Assembly (NCBI GenBank): GCA_964016885.1
Contig: OZ024746.1
Coordinates: forward strand, 72,788,001 to 72,852,000
DNA from: Eledone cirrhosa
Lineage: Eukaryota
Reading direction: 5' to 3'
DNA: 64,000 bases
Shown: positions 12,380-23,649 of the stretch, piece after piece
Layout: each line of letters begins with the position of its first letter
Position numbering within the stretch: the first letter of the stretch is position 1
Position numbers and translations under genes: made by a program
The notes under the pieces: generated by a model
Databases searched by the model: none
What the model was told of the DNA's origin: nothing
The model's input: only the letters and a program-made list of their open reading frames with translations

Positions 12380-14757
12380 AAAATTGAACAGGGACAGAAC
12401 AGAGAGGCAGTACGACAAATGTTTATTAAATTCACGCTCAGGAGAGTGGGGGGGTAGGTGGGGGACGACGTTTCGGGCATAAGCCCTTCTTCAGGTGAGA
12501 GTTCAAAAGGTGTGTAGGGGAGTGGTGGAGAGACATATAGCGAAAGGAAACGGTGCAAATGAAAAATTAACAAATAAAGACAAAAATATAATAAATAATA
12601 AATAAAAATAAAGCATGATCAAAATACAAGGAATGAGAAAATTTAAAAATAAAGGCATGATCAAAATAAACTGAAATTAAAAGGGGGGTAAACAGGTGGT
12701 GGAAGGGTGTGGGGTGAGTAGAGGTGGTGGCGGGTGGAGTGGGGAGAGGGAGACGGGTGTCCGAGCGGGGAGGGCTGAAGGTGGTGTGTGTGTGTGTGTG
12801 TATGTGAAAGTGAGGGTTGGGGGAAGAACGGGGTTGCATATTCAGGAAGGTGTGTGTGGGGGGGGGGGGGGGGGGTTGTGGGTCGGAGGGTCTGTGCGTG
12901 TGTGGATAGGGGGGTGGGGGGAGAGGAATCAGGGGGCTGAAGGTGTAAATATGTGGTGGGAAGCACGTGTGTGTGGTTTAAGCGTGTTGTGGGTGTGGGT
13001 GGCGTGTGGATAAAAAAATTTGTTTTGGGGTGTGTGTGTGTGGGTGAGTTATATAGGTGGTGGTGTAAGAGGGTGGTTGAAAAGTGGTAAGTTACACGGA
13101 TGTATGGAGATTTTGGTGAGAAGTCAAAACGCGTGTGGGTAATCCAAGAAGCGGTGGTCGGAAGAGGAGAGATGTGGGGTGCGCGCGCAACAGGAAGTGG
13201 TCAGCAGTGGAAGTGCTGTGGTCAGTTGGTGCTGAGACAGTGGTCGGAAGGGCATAGCAGCAGTCGGCGGAATGGTAGGGAGGCGAGGATGGGTAGGTGT
13301 GAGAGTTGGAGTGAGGAGGGTGTGTGTGTGTGTGTGTGTATTAGTGGGGTGTTAGTGGGATGAGTGAGTGTGGAGCGGGGAGAGAAGAGTGTGGTGTACT
13401 GGTGTGTGTGTAGTTTGGTGAAGAGGTGTTAGTGGGTGTTAATATACGGGAGGTGGGGAGGGGTGGAATGCAGGTGTGAGTGGGGGTAGGGTGTGTAGAG
13501 TTGGTGGTGTACGAGGGTGTGTGGGTACGTGTGCGTGGGGTTGGAGGGTGTTAGTGATGTTAGTTGCGTGGGGGTGGGTGGTGTAAGTGGGTGCGTGTGT
13601 GCGTGTGATAAGGAGGGGGAGGAGAAGAGGGGAGGGAAGGGATGTTAGTATGTTAGTTGGGGAAGGGTGGTCAGATGAGGGGTGGAGTGGAGGTGTTAGT
13701 ATTGTTAGTGTGGGGTGGGCGGTGAAAAGGAGGGGTGTGTTAGTGGTGTTAGTGGGGGATAAGTGTGGGGGGAGGGGGGCGGTCGAACGCTAAAGGAATA
13801 AGGGTGGGGAGTTCAGGCCGGGGGGAGTGTGGGTCTGTAAGATGAAGATAGTACGTTGTTCGACCGTAAGGCGATGGGCGGGTGTTCCGTGGCACTGGAG
13901 TAGGCCATAGACTGTGAGATGGCGTGCGGAGTGTCCAGGGCCACCAAAGTGGCGGGCGATGGGGGGACTGCCCCCGAGACGAATGTCCCGGAGGTGCTCC
14001 GTGACTCGGTCCGCCAGGCGGCATCCCGTCTGTCCGAAATAAGTCGCGCTGCACCTCGTGCAATGAAGTCCGTAGACTAGGTTGGAGGAGGTGCAGCGGA
14101 AGGCATGCCGGACCGAGAGAGGGTGGCCGTTGGGACCCTGGAAGGTGGTGGTGTTGGTGATGTGGGGACAGGTGTTGCAGCGGGGCCTAGAACAGGGGAA
14201 GGAACCGGGGGCGGAAACGGAGCGTGGGTTGGGGGGTAGGGAGCTGTGGACGAGGAGGGTGCGGAGATTGCGTGCGCGTTTGAAGGAGGGGAGTGGTGGG
14301 GTTGGGAAGATGTGGGAGGTGGAGGTGTCGGCGGATGGTGCGGTGGAGGGGTGGTAGGTGATGGGGAAGGGGAGACGGTGGGTGGGTGTGCGGTGGCGTG
14401 GGGTAAGGGTGGTGGAGCGGGGGATAGCACTTGCGCTGGTGAGAGCGGTGTGGACGAGAGAGGGGGGGTAACCTCTGCGGATGAAATGGCTGACTAGGGA
14501 AAGGGCCTGGGACTCGAAGTCAGCATCTCGGCTACAGAGGCGGCGGATCCTGAGAAGTTGGGAGTAGGGAATGGAGAGTTTAGTGTGGGTGGGGTGGGAA
14601 GAGGTGAAGTCGAGGTAAAAGTGGGAGTCGGTGGGTTTGAAGAAGGCAGAGGTGACGAGGGAGTGGTGGGAGGGGTCGAAGGCAACGGAGATGTCCAAGA
14701 AGTGGACGTGGGTGGTGGAGATAGAGGTGGTGAAGTGGAGGGAGGGGTGGAAGGAGC
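12380..14757 (-). mobile_element. Penelope-like retroelement, 5'-truncated (RT thumb plus GIY-YIG endonuclease, C-rich 3' UTR)
   Basis: ORF 13790-14698 reads KPTDSHFYLDFTSSHP...SIPYSQLLRIRRLCS...CSRPRCNTC...CTSSNLVYGLHCTRCSATYFGQTGCRLADRVTEH...QTHTPPGLN, typical of PLE GIY-YIG. A hammerhead motif and AATAAA lie at the 3' end. Confidence 0.9.
12463..12500 (-). ncRNA. Minimal hammerhead ribozyme in the PLE 3' pseudo-LTR
   Basis: The minus strand reads ctcacCTGAAGAagggc-ttat-gccc-GAAACgtcgtc: CUGANGA core, stem II gggc/gccc, then GAAA. Confidence 0.75.
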
Positions 14758-14841
14758 ATAGGAACCAGTAAGACCCCGACGGCTGAGCTCAAGCCGTTTC
14801 GACGGCTTGAGCTCAGCCGTCGGGGTCTTACTGGTTCCTAT
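14758..14841. repeat. Perfect 40-bp-arm palindrome with a TTCG loop at the PLE truncation point
   Basis: ataggaaccagtaagaccccgacggctgagctcaagccgt-ttcg-acggcttgagctcagccgtcggggtcttactggttcctat. Confidence 0.9.
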
Positions 14842-14934
14842 TACCCCACTCTACTACCCTAAGTATTGAGTACTTTGGTGCGTTATGGTCCACCTGGTTC
14901 CTTACCACATTTCCTTCGTTATATATGTATACAT

Positions 14935-15277
14935 GGAGGCACATGGCTTAGTGGTTAGAGCATTGGCCTTGCAATCGAAAGGTTGTGAGTTCAATTCTCA
15001 GACCGGGTGATGTGTTGTTTCCTTGAGCAAGACACTTTATTTCACATTGCTCCAGTTTACTCAGCTGTAGAAATGAGATGATAGGGACTGGGGTCCCTAT
15101 CATTCCACTGCAAAGTGGTCGTGGCGGTGCCATGGCAAAAAAGCACCCAGCACTCACTGTAAATGAGGTTGGTGTTAGGAAAGGCATCCAGCTGTAGAAA
15201 TGAAGCCAGAATCAGTTCCCGTCCCACCCTTGCAAGCAGGGAAAAGTGGACGTAAAATGAAATGATGATGAAATGAT
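14935..15277 (+). mobile_element. tRNA-headed SINE (family 2) with an RTE-derived 3' tail
   Basis: A box tggcttagtgg, B box gagttcaattc, a CORE-like ccttgagcaagacacttt segment, and a 3' end (ttggtgttaggaaaggcatccagctgtagaaa...ggacgtaaaa(tga)n) shared with the RTE 3' UTR. Other copies at 48430-48715 (+) and 55005-55346 (-). Confidence 0.8.
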
Positions 15278-15399
15278 ATATATATATATAATGTGTGTAA
15301 GCATATGGACATATGTGTTTGTGAGAGTGGATGCACAATGGTGATGATAAATATGCATGGATGTGTAGTTTTGAATGTTGAGTGAATGTGTTGGTGGTA

Positions 15400-16420
15400 G
15401 TTAGAAAATAGTTTGTTCTCTTTCAGAATATCTTAATATCCAACATATTCACCATATATACTGGTGTTGGGGGTTTGTCTGTAATTTCTTGGAGGAATTT
15501 GTCCAGGGACCTTTTCAATCTTATGGGATTTGTATGTTTTGATGTATTTTACTACAATATTAAAGAGAACAGGACCAGTTGAGGTGAAATAGTTGTGCTG
15601 TAATGTTTTTATGAGAATTGAGTTTGATTTTTGTAGTAGGTGGATAGCACAGGACCAAGCTTTTGGTAGATTTTAATTATGATGCTAACATGATTTATGC
15701 AATGTTGATACAATATTTTTCACATCATACAAATGATGCAGCGCTCATGGCAGCATTGGCGGGTGCAGAGATTGAGATTTTCTAGTTGACCCTAATAGTC
15801 AAGGCCTGTCATGCTGTCTATTTTTTTTTTTGTAATTGACCTCTGGGCTACTTTTTCATGATAATTTGTTTCGTGTGAAGAGACCACAGTGAGCAACAGT
15901 ATTTAAGGTCAAGAAGAGAAGGGTAATGGTGTGAATATCTCAACAGGAACACAATTTGCAGGCCATGTCAAATTAAGTTGTTATTGACAATTACCAACAC
16001 TGGTGGTGTTGGGTGCCACAAGTACTTCACTGGAGGGAAGAGAATATTCCAAAGTGGAATAACTCAAATTTATCCTTGTTTAGAAGCATATTGTTTTTTT
16101 TTCACCCATTGGATAACAGCAGGCATTTCTGATTGAAGGCATGTCCGATCTCCCATTCTGTTGATAAAATGGAGCTTGGAATCATTTGTGAAAACTCATA
16201 TTTTGTTGTGCTTGATGATGTCTATAATGTCATTGAAAATAAGGAAGAGAGTGAGCCCAACACTGCCTTGTGGGACTCCACTATTGCCATTGGCTGATCT
16301 TGATTGTATTTCTTTAATCACATGCTGGTATCTGTTTTGGTGTTGGTGGAAGTGTGTGTGAAAGACTAGTTAATGTATGAAGGATCCTCTGTGATTGCAT
16401 CCCAGTTTGCATTATGAAGA
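15400..16420 (-). mobile_element. Highly decayed LINE RT fragment (CR1/L2-like)
   Basis: The minus strand near 16240-16290 reads NSGVPQGSVGLTLFLIFNDI; downstream is a L-x-Y-x-x-R-L-x-x-L-x-L-like segment. Many stops. Confidence 0.55.
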
Positions 16421-16910
16421 TCCATGTTATCAAATAAAACAATCAGGAAAATTCAGTGTAACGGTCTTTGACAAGGCTGGCTCCTTGAATTACAGGTACA
16501 GTCAGTCCTTACAATTTCCATCTAAAAAATGCCACATGGGTCGACTGAAGCTTATAGTAAACGTCACTTGCCTAAGATGCATCACAGTGAGATTAAACCT
16601 GGGACTTAATAACTGCGAAGTGAACTTCTTAATCATTCAGCAATGCAGCATCCACAAACTGCAAATGAAGTCATAAATTATATGTGCCCTACATAAGACC
16701 ATTATTTTCATGCTAGAATTTAACTCATTTGCCATCCATGGGCACAAAACTCAATCAATTATGCACTCGAAGTCAGTAATTATTGGTTGTCGATGGACGA
16801 GTACATAGAACATTACTAAAAGAAAAAAAGACATCATTGTTTCAAATATATATTTTTTTCTAGAGTTAATTACTTAGGAGTATTTTATATATAATGCAGA
16901 TAATATTTAC

Positions 16911-16942
16911 CATTTGTCACCTTTGTTAGGTATTCTTCTTTT
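16911..16942 (-). pseudogene. Orphan A-type micro-exon (32 nt, KEEYLTKVTN) with paralogous flanking intron sequence
   Basis: ttttgcag|AAAAGAAGAATACCTAACAAAGGTGACAAATG|gtaaat has the same length and phase as the A exons at 32175, 44916, 58388 and 63881, but the Cys codon TGC is TAC. Flanks at 16450-16900 and 17450-17750 align with the introns around the other A exons. Confidence 0.55.
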
Positions 16943-18269
16943 CTGCAAAACAATATTTTGTAGATGAATGTGAGTAATCAATTATCGATGGCCAGGTTGC
17001 TCTCAAGCGCTACTGGTAACATGTAACCCAGTACAACCTGTCACATGGTCGAGTTGTTGGCTACTAAACCGGTAAGCCTACCAAACTTGTGTGGTTAGGA
17101 AGGTGATTTTTGGAAATCTTGCTGGATGAAAAATAAAACCCGTCAAAGGGTAGTGGAACTCAGGAGAGTCAGCAGCCATCCAATACAGATGCTCATTAGC
17201 CTTGGTTTGTCAAGGAGAAGGATCACTCTGATTTGAAAACTGGTATAGATGGGACTCCTTAGTCCCTTAGGTGACAACCTTTGAAGTTGTCAAGGGCTTA
17301 ATCTTTGTGATGAAGGCTAATGAGCTGCGGCTCGCTAGCCAGAATCTGAGTTGGGTGAGGATTTGGAACTTACTGACGTTACTTTTTTTCCCAACGAGAG
17401 TCATGGACATATAGATTGTTCAAGGACCCCAACCCTCATTAACTATTAACTATTATGAAAGAGACAGGGGATGGAATAGAGCTCCAACAGTTTTAACATT
17501 GAGTACTACAATTGTCCAATCAACGAATCAGCTTGCTCGTGAAAATTATGTCCAAGTGGCTGAGCATTCCACAGGCGTGAAACATACATTTTTAGCAATG
17601 TGTTCAAATGACACTGAAGTTTACTTTGACTTTTAATGATTTAGTTTGATAAAATAGACTGCAGCCTACTCCTTAGCGGCCTTTAACTTTGCATAATGTC
17701 GTAGGAACGGCGTCATAACATATGGCCTGTCTTGTGTACTAAACTTGGCGGAGCCTTTGCTGATTTCTTCTTGTTGTTCTTCGAGAGAGAGAAAGAAAGA
17801 AAGCCACCCACAGTACTGGTACATTATTGACCACAAGGATGACTGGCGAAGGTGACTTCAGTGGAACGAATACCATGTCACTCGCTGTCAAGACCTCAGG
17901 TGTCCTCGGTCCCCATACTGCTGTTTTCCTCCGCAAAAAATGGGATAACTGCAGCCTACCTGTGGAATGAACTCGGTGAGGTGGAGTGGCTGCTGCAGCG
18001 TGTGCCCCTGGTCATGCCGCTCGGGGTGGGGTGTACAGTGTGTCACTTCATCCCCACTTTCCCTTTCTTTCGTTGCTTAATTTCTCTTTTTCTTTTCTTC
18101 CATTTTTTCTCTATCTTTTGCCTTTCAATATTTATCATATAAGGTGGTGGATTGGCAGAGTCATTAGAACGGTAGATAGAATGCTTTGCAGTATTCGTTT
18201 CAGCTCTCTGCTCTATGAGTTTAGATCCGCGTCTGGGTTTCTCATCTCTTCAGAGAGGTGCATCCTCAT

Positions 18270-19347
18270 TAGGGGAAGAGAATACTTTGCTGATCTCCTA
18301 AGACCCACTGTGTTTTCACCAGATGGCCAATATGGTATTTCCTTCTCACGAAGGCGCTTTCGTCAATCTCGACAATTCGGTTTGGCCCGCCAAGCTTAAT
18401 GTTTTGTGCAATATAATACTCTGCACATACATCAAGGCAAAAATTTCGCCAATCTGTTACGGCCACATTCGCGATACGACATTCCTGTGAAATCTTCTTT
18501 TGACTAATAATACAATATATCAACTATTTATTCACACTTCAAATTACTATTTTCTAGAAATGTGCCTTTTCTAATCGACACCTGTTTTCTACATGGTCTT
18601 CCACATGACCAGATAATCCCATCTGACACATTTTTTTCGCTACTTCCAACATGCGTTCACCACATGAAGGGCAGACCTTTTCTGTATTCAGAAGTCCATG
18701 ATTTTTCAACCAATTAATGGTATCTGCTGTAGTAGCAGTAGCGATGGTTAATTCCATTAACACTTGGGTATATTGTAGAATTCATATTTTTCAACTTGCA
18801 AATGCGTGTATTATCACAAAGTGAAGATTAAAGTTTATTTATATACACGTGGTGTTGGTGATGATTGTCTCCATGGGGACTGTCTCTTGTCTCCATGCTT
18901 TTGAATAAGGTTGGTGAAAAAAAATTTGTTTTCTAAACATTTCTTCATAAATGTATAGGGTTGGTGAAAAAAATTTGATAACCATATATTTGTTTTCTAA
19001 TTTGGCCCTTTTAAGGGCCACCTATATTTTCATTTAAGTTAACTCCACTGTTGGTGAAAATGACTTGTTTTCTACATTGATAACCATGACTATGAAAATA
19101 TAAATGATTAAATAAAATTTATTTGATAACCATGACTTGTTTTCTAATTAACTTAAATTTGTTTTCTAATTTGGCCCTTTTAAGGGCCACCTATATTTTC
19201 ATTTAAGTAACTCCACTTACATCGATATGCTTTATTAAAATAACGTGTGGTAATACGGAAATAAACAATGTTTACGATTGAGAAGGTTGACGAATGACGT
19301 CACTTTCGCCTACTTTCACTTCTGGCAGCTAATAGCATGACAGTGCC
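18270..19347 (-). mobile_element. Merlin (IS1595/ISXO2-like) transposon 5' remnant with disrupted transposase
   Basis: DTINWLKNHGLLNTEKVCPSCGERM, then VTDWRNFCLDVC...KLGGPNRIVEIDESAFVRRKYHIGHLVKTQWVLG. The terminus GGCACTGTCATGC is at 19347. Confidence 0.85.
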
Positions 19348-21499
19348 ATTTTTTAAAATGATTTTTATACAACTAAAATAAAATAAATAAAAACGCAGTC
19401 TTTTTTTAAGATAATTGTTTTTGATTTAGGAACAAGGACAATTTTTATGGGAGGGGAAAGTCGATTAAATCGATCCCAGTGCATTACTGGTGCTTTATTT
19501 TATCGACCCCGTAAGGATGAAAGGCAAAGCTAACCTCGGCAGGATTTGAACTCAGAACTTAAAGGGTCGTAACTCTCTGCCGCAAAGCAGGGTGTTCGAT
19601 GCTAAATGTAAACGATAATATGTGAGTTAAGGAAAGGGACTGTGACAAAGTATAGAAAACTGAACAATGTGTGTGCATGTAATACTTATTTTCTCTAACG
19701 AGTCTGTATATGTTTGTATAATTTAACAGTTCATACATGAGCCCAATATACATTTATATTAAGAAATGTATGTAGTATATTTTAAATAGGGAGTTTTTAC
19801 AACATCAACTATTAGTCATGGCCTGCTTTATGTGGCTTTCAGTCGTAAGAGTTTAGGTTGGTTTCAGTAATCGAGAGTGTAATTGAAAGGAAACGTCGTT
19901 TAGCGAGAGAAAGACAGGCCCTTTTTATATAGCTGATACTACAATTAACCGTCAATTGATGGTATGGGGCCAGCTAGTTAATTATAATTTTGGAATCGTC
20001 ACCCCTTTGTCTTGACCAGATTGATTAACAGTCATTGAGCTCATATTTTTCACTCCTCATTGGAATTTTCTGCTCACTATATTATGTTATAATTCACCCA
20101 ACCCTATATGATATACAAGCTGTTTCCATAAAATATCCTTGCGATTAGAAATGATACGGATAAAATGTTGTTGGCTTAAAAAGTCGTTTTAGTAAAATAT
20201 AATTAAAAAGTTCAGCCATAGGCGAAATTATGTTATGACTAAATAAACTGCCAATAATTTTCTACCCAAAGAATGTTGGACCATCATAATATCTGACGAG
20301 TGTTCCAGTATGGAACATCTTGCTCACAAAATTAATGTATAAATGACTGAGCATTCCACAGACACCTACACACTTAACGTAGTTCTCAGAGAGATTCAGC
20401 CTGACATGCAGTGTGGAAATGCTGGCCTTTTGAATTACAGGTACAACTCGTTTTCTCAGCTGACTGGACTGTAGCAACGCAAAATGAAGTAACTTGTTTA
20501 AGGACACAACGCACCAGTACTATATTTAGATTCGGCTGGTAGTAGAATGATTGCCACTTTCCATCTAACTGTTGTAGAATATCTGTCCCCATCCCTCCGT
20601 CCGATGTGTCTACCAATGTGTCGGACAATAACAATAATAACAAAAATAATAATATCTTATATTTTAATACAATTTAAATTATATATAGTTAAACATCACG
20701 TTTAAATTTATGGTTGCTTCATTGGCCTGGTGGAAATAATAATGAATGTGTTACCTCGGAAGATACTGAAGGAGAGATACTGAAAGAACCAGTCCACCTT
20801 GAGGGTCTTCTTTTTGTGAAGAGTGATCTGCATCTTGATCACAGTAAATAGAGCAGTGGTTTAGGAACTCCAGATGTTGCCACTGTTATAGGCTCGTCAG
20901 TAGACCTATCGAAGAACGGCTGGTATTTTATCAGCTTGCAATTTTTAGTGCTGACTGAACCTAATGCTGAATTCACCAGGTTGCATCCAGAGAAATATTG
21001 TTGCGGAACGGGAAGATTGTGATGGTATCTGATTTTTTAACGTTCCCTCAGTTATACAGCGTCAATCCATACAGTGATGAGAAGCCAGCGATGTCCAAGA
21101 CATATTTACCGTTCTTGCTGAGATCGGCATGTCATTGTTTATGTTGTTGGGGTCGTTATTGTATACCCATACACATTCACATAGTACTAATTTTGTAGTA
21201 CATATGCGAGTAGAAAAAAAAAAAAAAAAAAAAAAAAAAAAAGCGTATTTATGAATTTAGCCATTTTGGCAGCATTGTGAAATAGTGTGTCTAGCTTTCC
21301 ATGCTTGTATGCATGGGTTGGACAAGATATGTAAGAGTTGTAGCAGATGTGGAATGTGGGTGTTGGGGAGGGTCGGGTGCGTGTATGCAGGGTGGAGACT
21401 GGAGAGGTAGGTCTAAGGTGGGGTACATATCTGGTGAAGGATGGAGTGTAAAGATGTAGGAGGTGTTTGGATAGTGAGGGGAGAGAAGATTTGGTGTAT

Positions 21500-23000
21500 A
21501 CTAATGTCCTTTAGATATTTGCTTCATCCTATTCTCAGTAGACCTGTTCTGTTAGACAATGGGTTGCAGGTGGTGGGTAGCAATACGGCCACCAGATATG
21601 GTTAGTTGAAATAGAAGTGGGCTCCTGCTCAACAAATAAGCACCCGGATCAACAGGGTACGCTAATAGCTCTCAAGAAACTCTCACAATCCAACGATGTA
21701 ATTACAATGAGGCGAGTAAAGGCCACCTCTAAAAAAGTCTAGTGCCAAATTGGTGATTGGTGCGAATGAAACCACCAAAATCTGCAATATGGCCAGATGC
21801 AATAAAAGCAACCATACCTCAACGCCCTTCACCTGGAGGTAACAAGGCCTCCGACCAGGCATTAGGTAGAGGGGCCTGTTCGAAAAATATATTGCAGTCT
21901 CCATCTAACACCATAAAAAATGGCGATGGGCTAGTGGCTTGTCTTAGGAGGCATGAGATGATCGTACTAAGCTCATGTATCCCGAGACCCCAAAGAAGAT
22001 AGCAAACTTTAACAATTGGCAACTGGAACATTATAACCCTTACAGTTAAGGAGCAAGAACTAGTCGTTGAGGCCAAATGTAACCGGGTATATATAGTCAG
22101 GGCTCCCCCAACATGGAACTCCATGGCTCTGGTACTGTAGATTTGGATATAGAATGGAAAATCTACTTTTTAGGTGTGGTACCAGATTTGACTATACAGG
22201 TGGGAGTAGGGATTCTTACTAGTCACTGACTGACAGAATGTTTTATGGACTGGAGCCTCTTAAATCTTGGCTGAAAGAAAGGTCTCTTGGATGGCGCAAG
22301 TATATGTGCCAAACAGATAGTCTGGATACATGACAAAGTCACTGCAACGTTAGATGTAGTTAAGACGATCATATATCCTAATTGAATACTTTAATGCACA
22401 TGTTGGCACTGATCACCTGATATGGGGCCTGTGCATTCATTCTCCTGACATCCATCACTCATGAAAGCGTCCCTGGGGCGCTTGAACTTCTCTGCCTGCA
22501 TCAATTGAACACCACTCACATGTAGAGTGCACTGCACAGGCCTCCTTGAGAGGACGAGTGTCTCAGTTTTTCGCAGCACTGATTTACATTCCGGCTGTGC
22601 AGCACTTGGCAGCAAACCTATCAAGTGCATGTCAGAGATCACTTTCTGACAAGTTAAGTAGTACCATGCATTCTGCAAATTCCAGTCGATTGATCCTACA
22701 CTTGCCGGAATTAATATCACTACCAACCCAGCTGCACATGTCAATCCTTTTCATGAAGATTATGAACAGAAGTGACCGTACACACTCTTGTCGGAGTCTG
22801 ACACCCAATTTGAAAGATTTTGACTTACGTAACCCTATTTATCTGAACACAAATACTAGGGTGTTGGTATAGGGACTTCAAACGATAAGAAGCTGTCCAT
22901 TGATCCCATAGTCCTGCAGAACCTTCCACTACTGATCCCGTAGAACGTGGTTGCATGCTTTTTCGAGGTTTACGAAACCACTTGGCAATACTCCGACGAT
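21500..23000. mobile_element. Decayed RTE-type LINE fragments (endonuclease on +, RT on -)
   Basis: + strand LTIGNWNIITLT...GVGILT around 22010-22220; minus strand DEKDMTCAAG...YYLTCQKV (MQI/FKYLG-like region) in 22391-22900. Heavily disrupted. Confidence 0.5.
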
Positions 23001-23069
23001 TTCTCGAAGAACTACCAGCTTAACAAGGAGATTCTTTATAATTAGTGCAATCTTTCTGGTCCACCTTTT

Positions 23070-23590
23070 TTTTTTATCAAATGAGTAGTGACCACAGTGA
23101 TCAACTTGTTTTCAGAAGAAAATGAGGGATTTGAGGGAGAATTGGCTGCTGTTCCTTGCATTAATATTGACCAAATTGTGGTTTATTATTTTTTAGACAA
23201 AAATTAGGAATTTAAGCAAGATTTGGCTGCTATTTTTAGCATTAGTGACCACATAATAGTTCATCTGTTTTTTTAGATGAAAATGAAAGGTCTGACGGAG
23301 AATTGGCTGTTATTTTTAAGATCTATTTCTAAGAATATTTTGGTTCACTTGTTTTCAGATGCATGAGGGTGTTGAGAGTGATTTAGCTTGTATTTCTAGC
23401 AATAATAACGACTACACCTTGGTCCACTTATTTTCCGTCAAATATTAGAAATTTGAGCAAGATTTGGCTACTATTTATAGTGACCACATAGTATTTCACC
23501 CAGATTCAGACGAAAAAAGAGATGTGAGTGAGATTTCACTGCTATTTCTAGCATTAGTAGCAATGGAGTAGTGGCTCACTTGCTTTCAAA
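23070..23590. repeat. Degenerate tandem array, unit ~60-75 bp, about 7 copies
   Basis: Recurring gag..agatttggctgctatttctagcattagtgaccaca...cacttgttttcaga units. Confidence 0.7.
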
Positions 23591-23649
23591 CTAAAATCTG
23601 TCTGTATACACAATCATATAAGGGGAGTGTATATGAAAGCATAAACAAT

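Noticed and set aside
12567-13793. Pro/His-rich and Gly/Val-rich ORFs
   Set aside because: By-products of the low-complexity C-rich PLE 3' UTR.
14935-15010. Possible tRNA gene
   Set aside because: It is the tRNA-derived head of a SINE, continuing into the SINE body and RTE tail, with multiple copies.
23070-23590. CRISPR-like regularly spaced repeats
   Set aside because: Eukaryotic context, degenerate head-to-tail units without unique spacers, and no cas genes.
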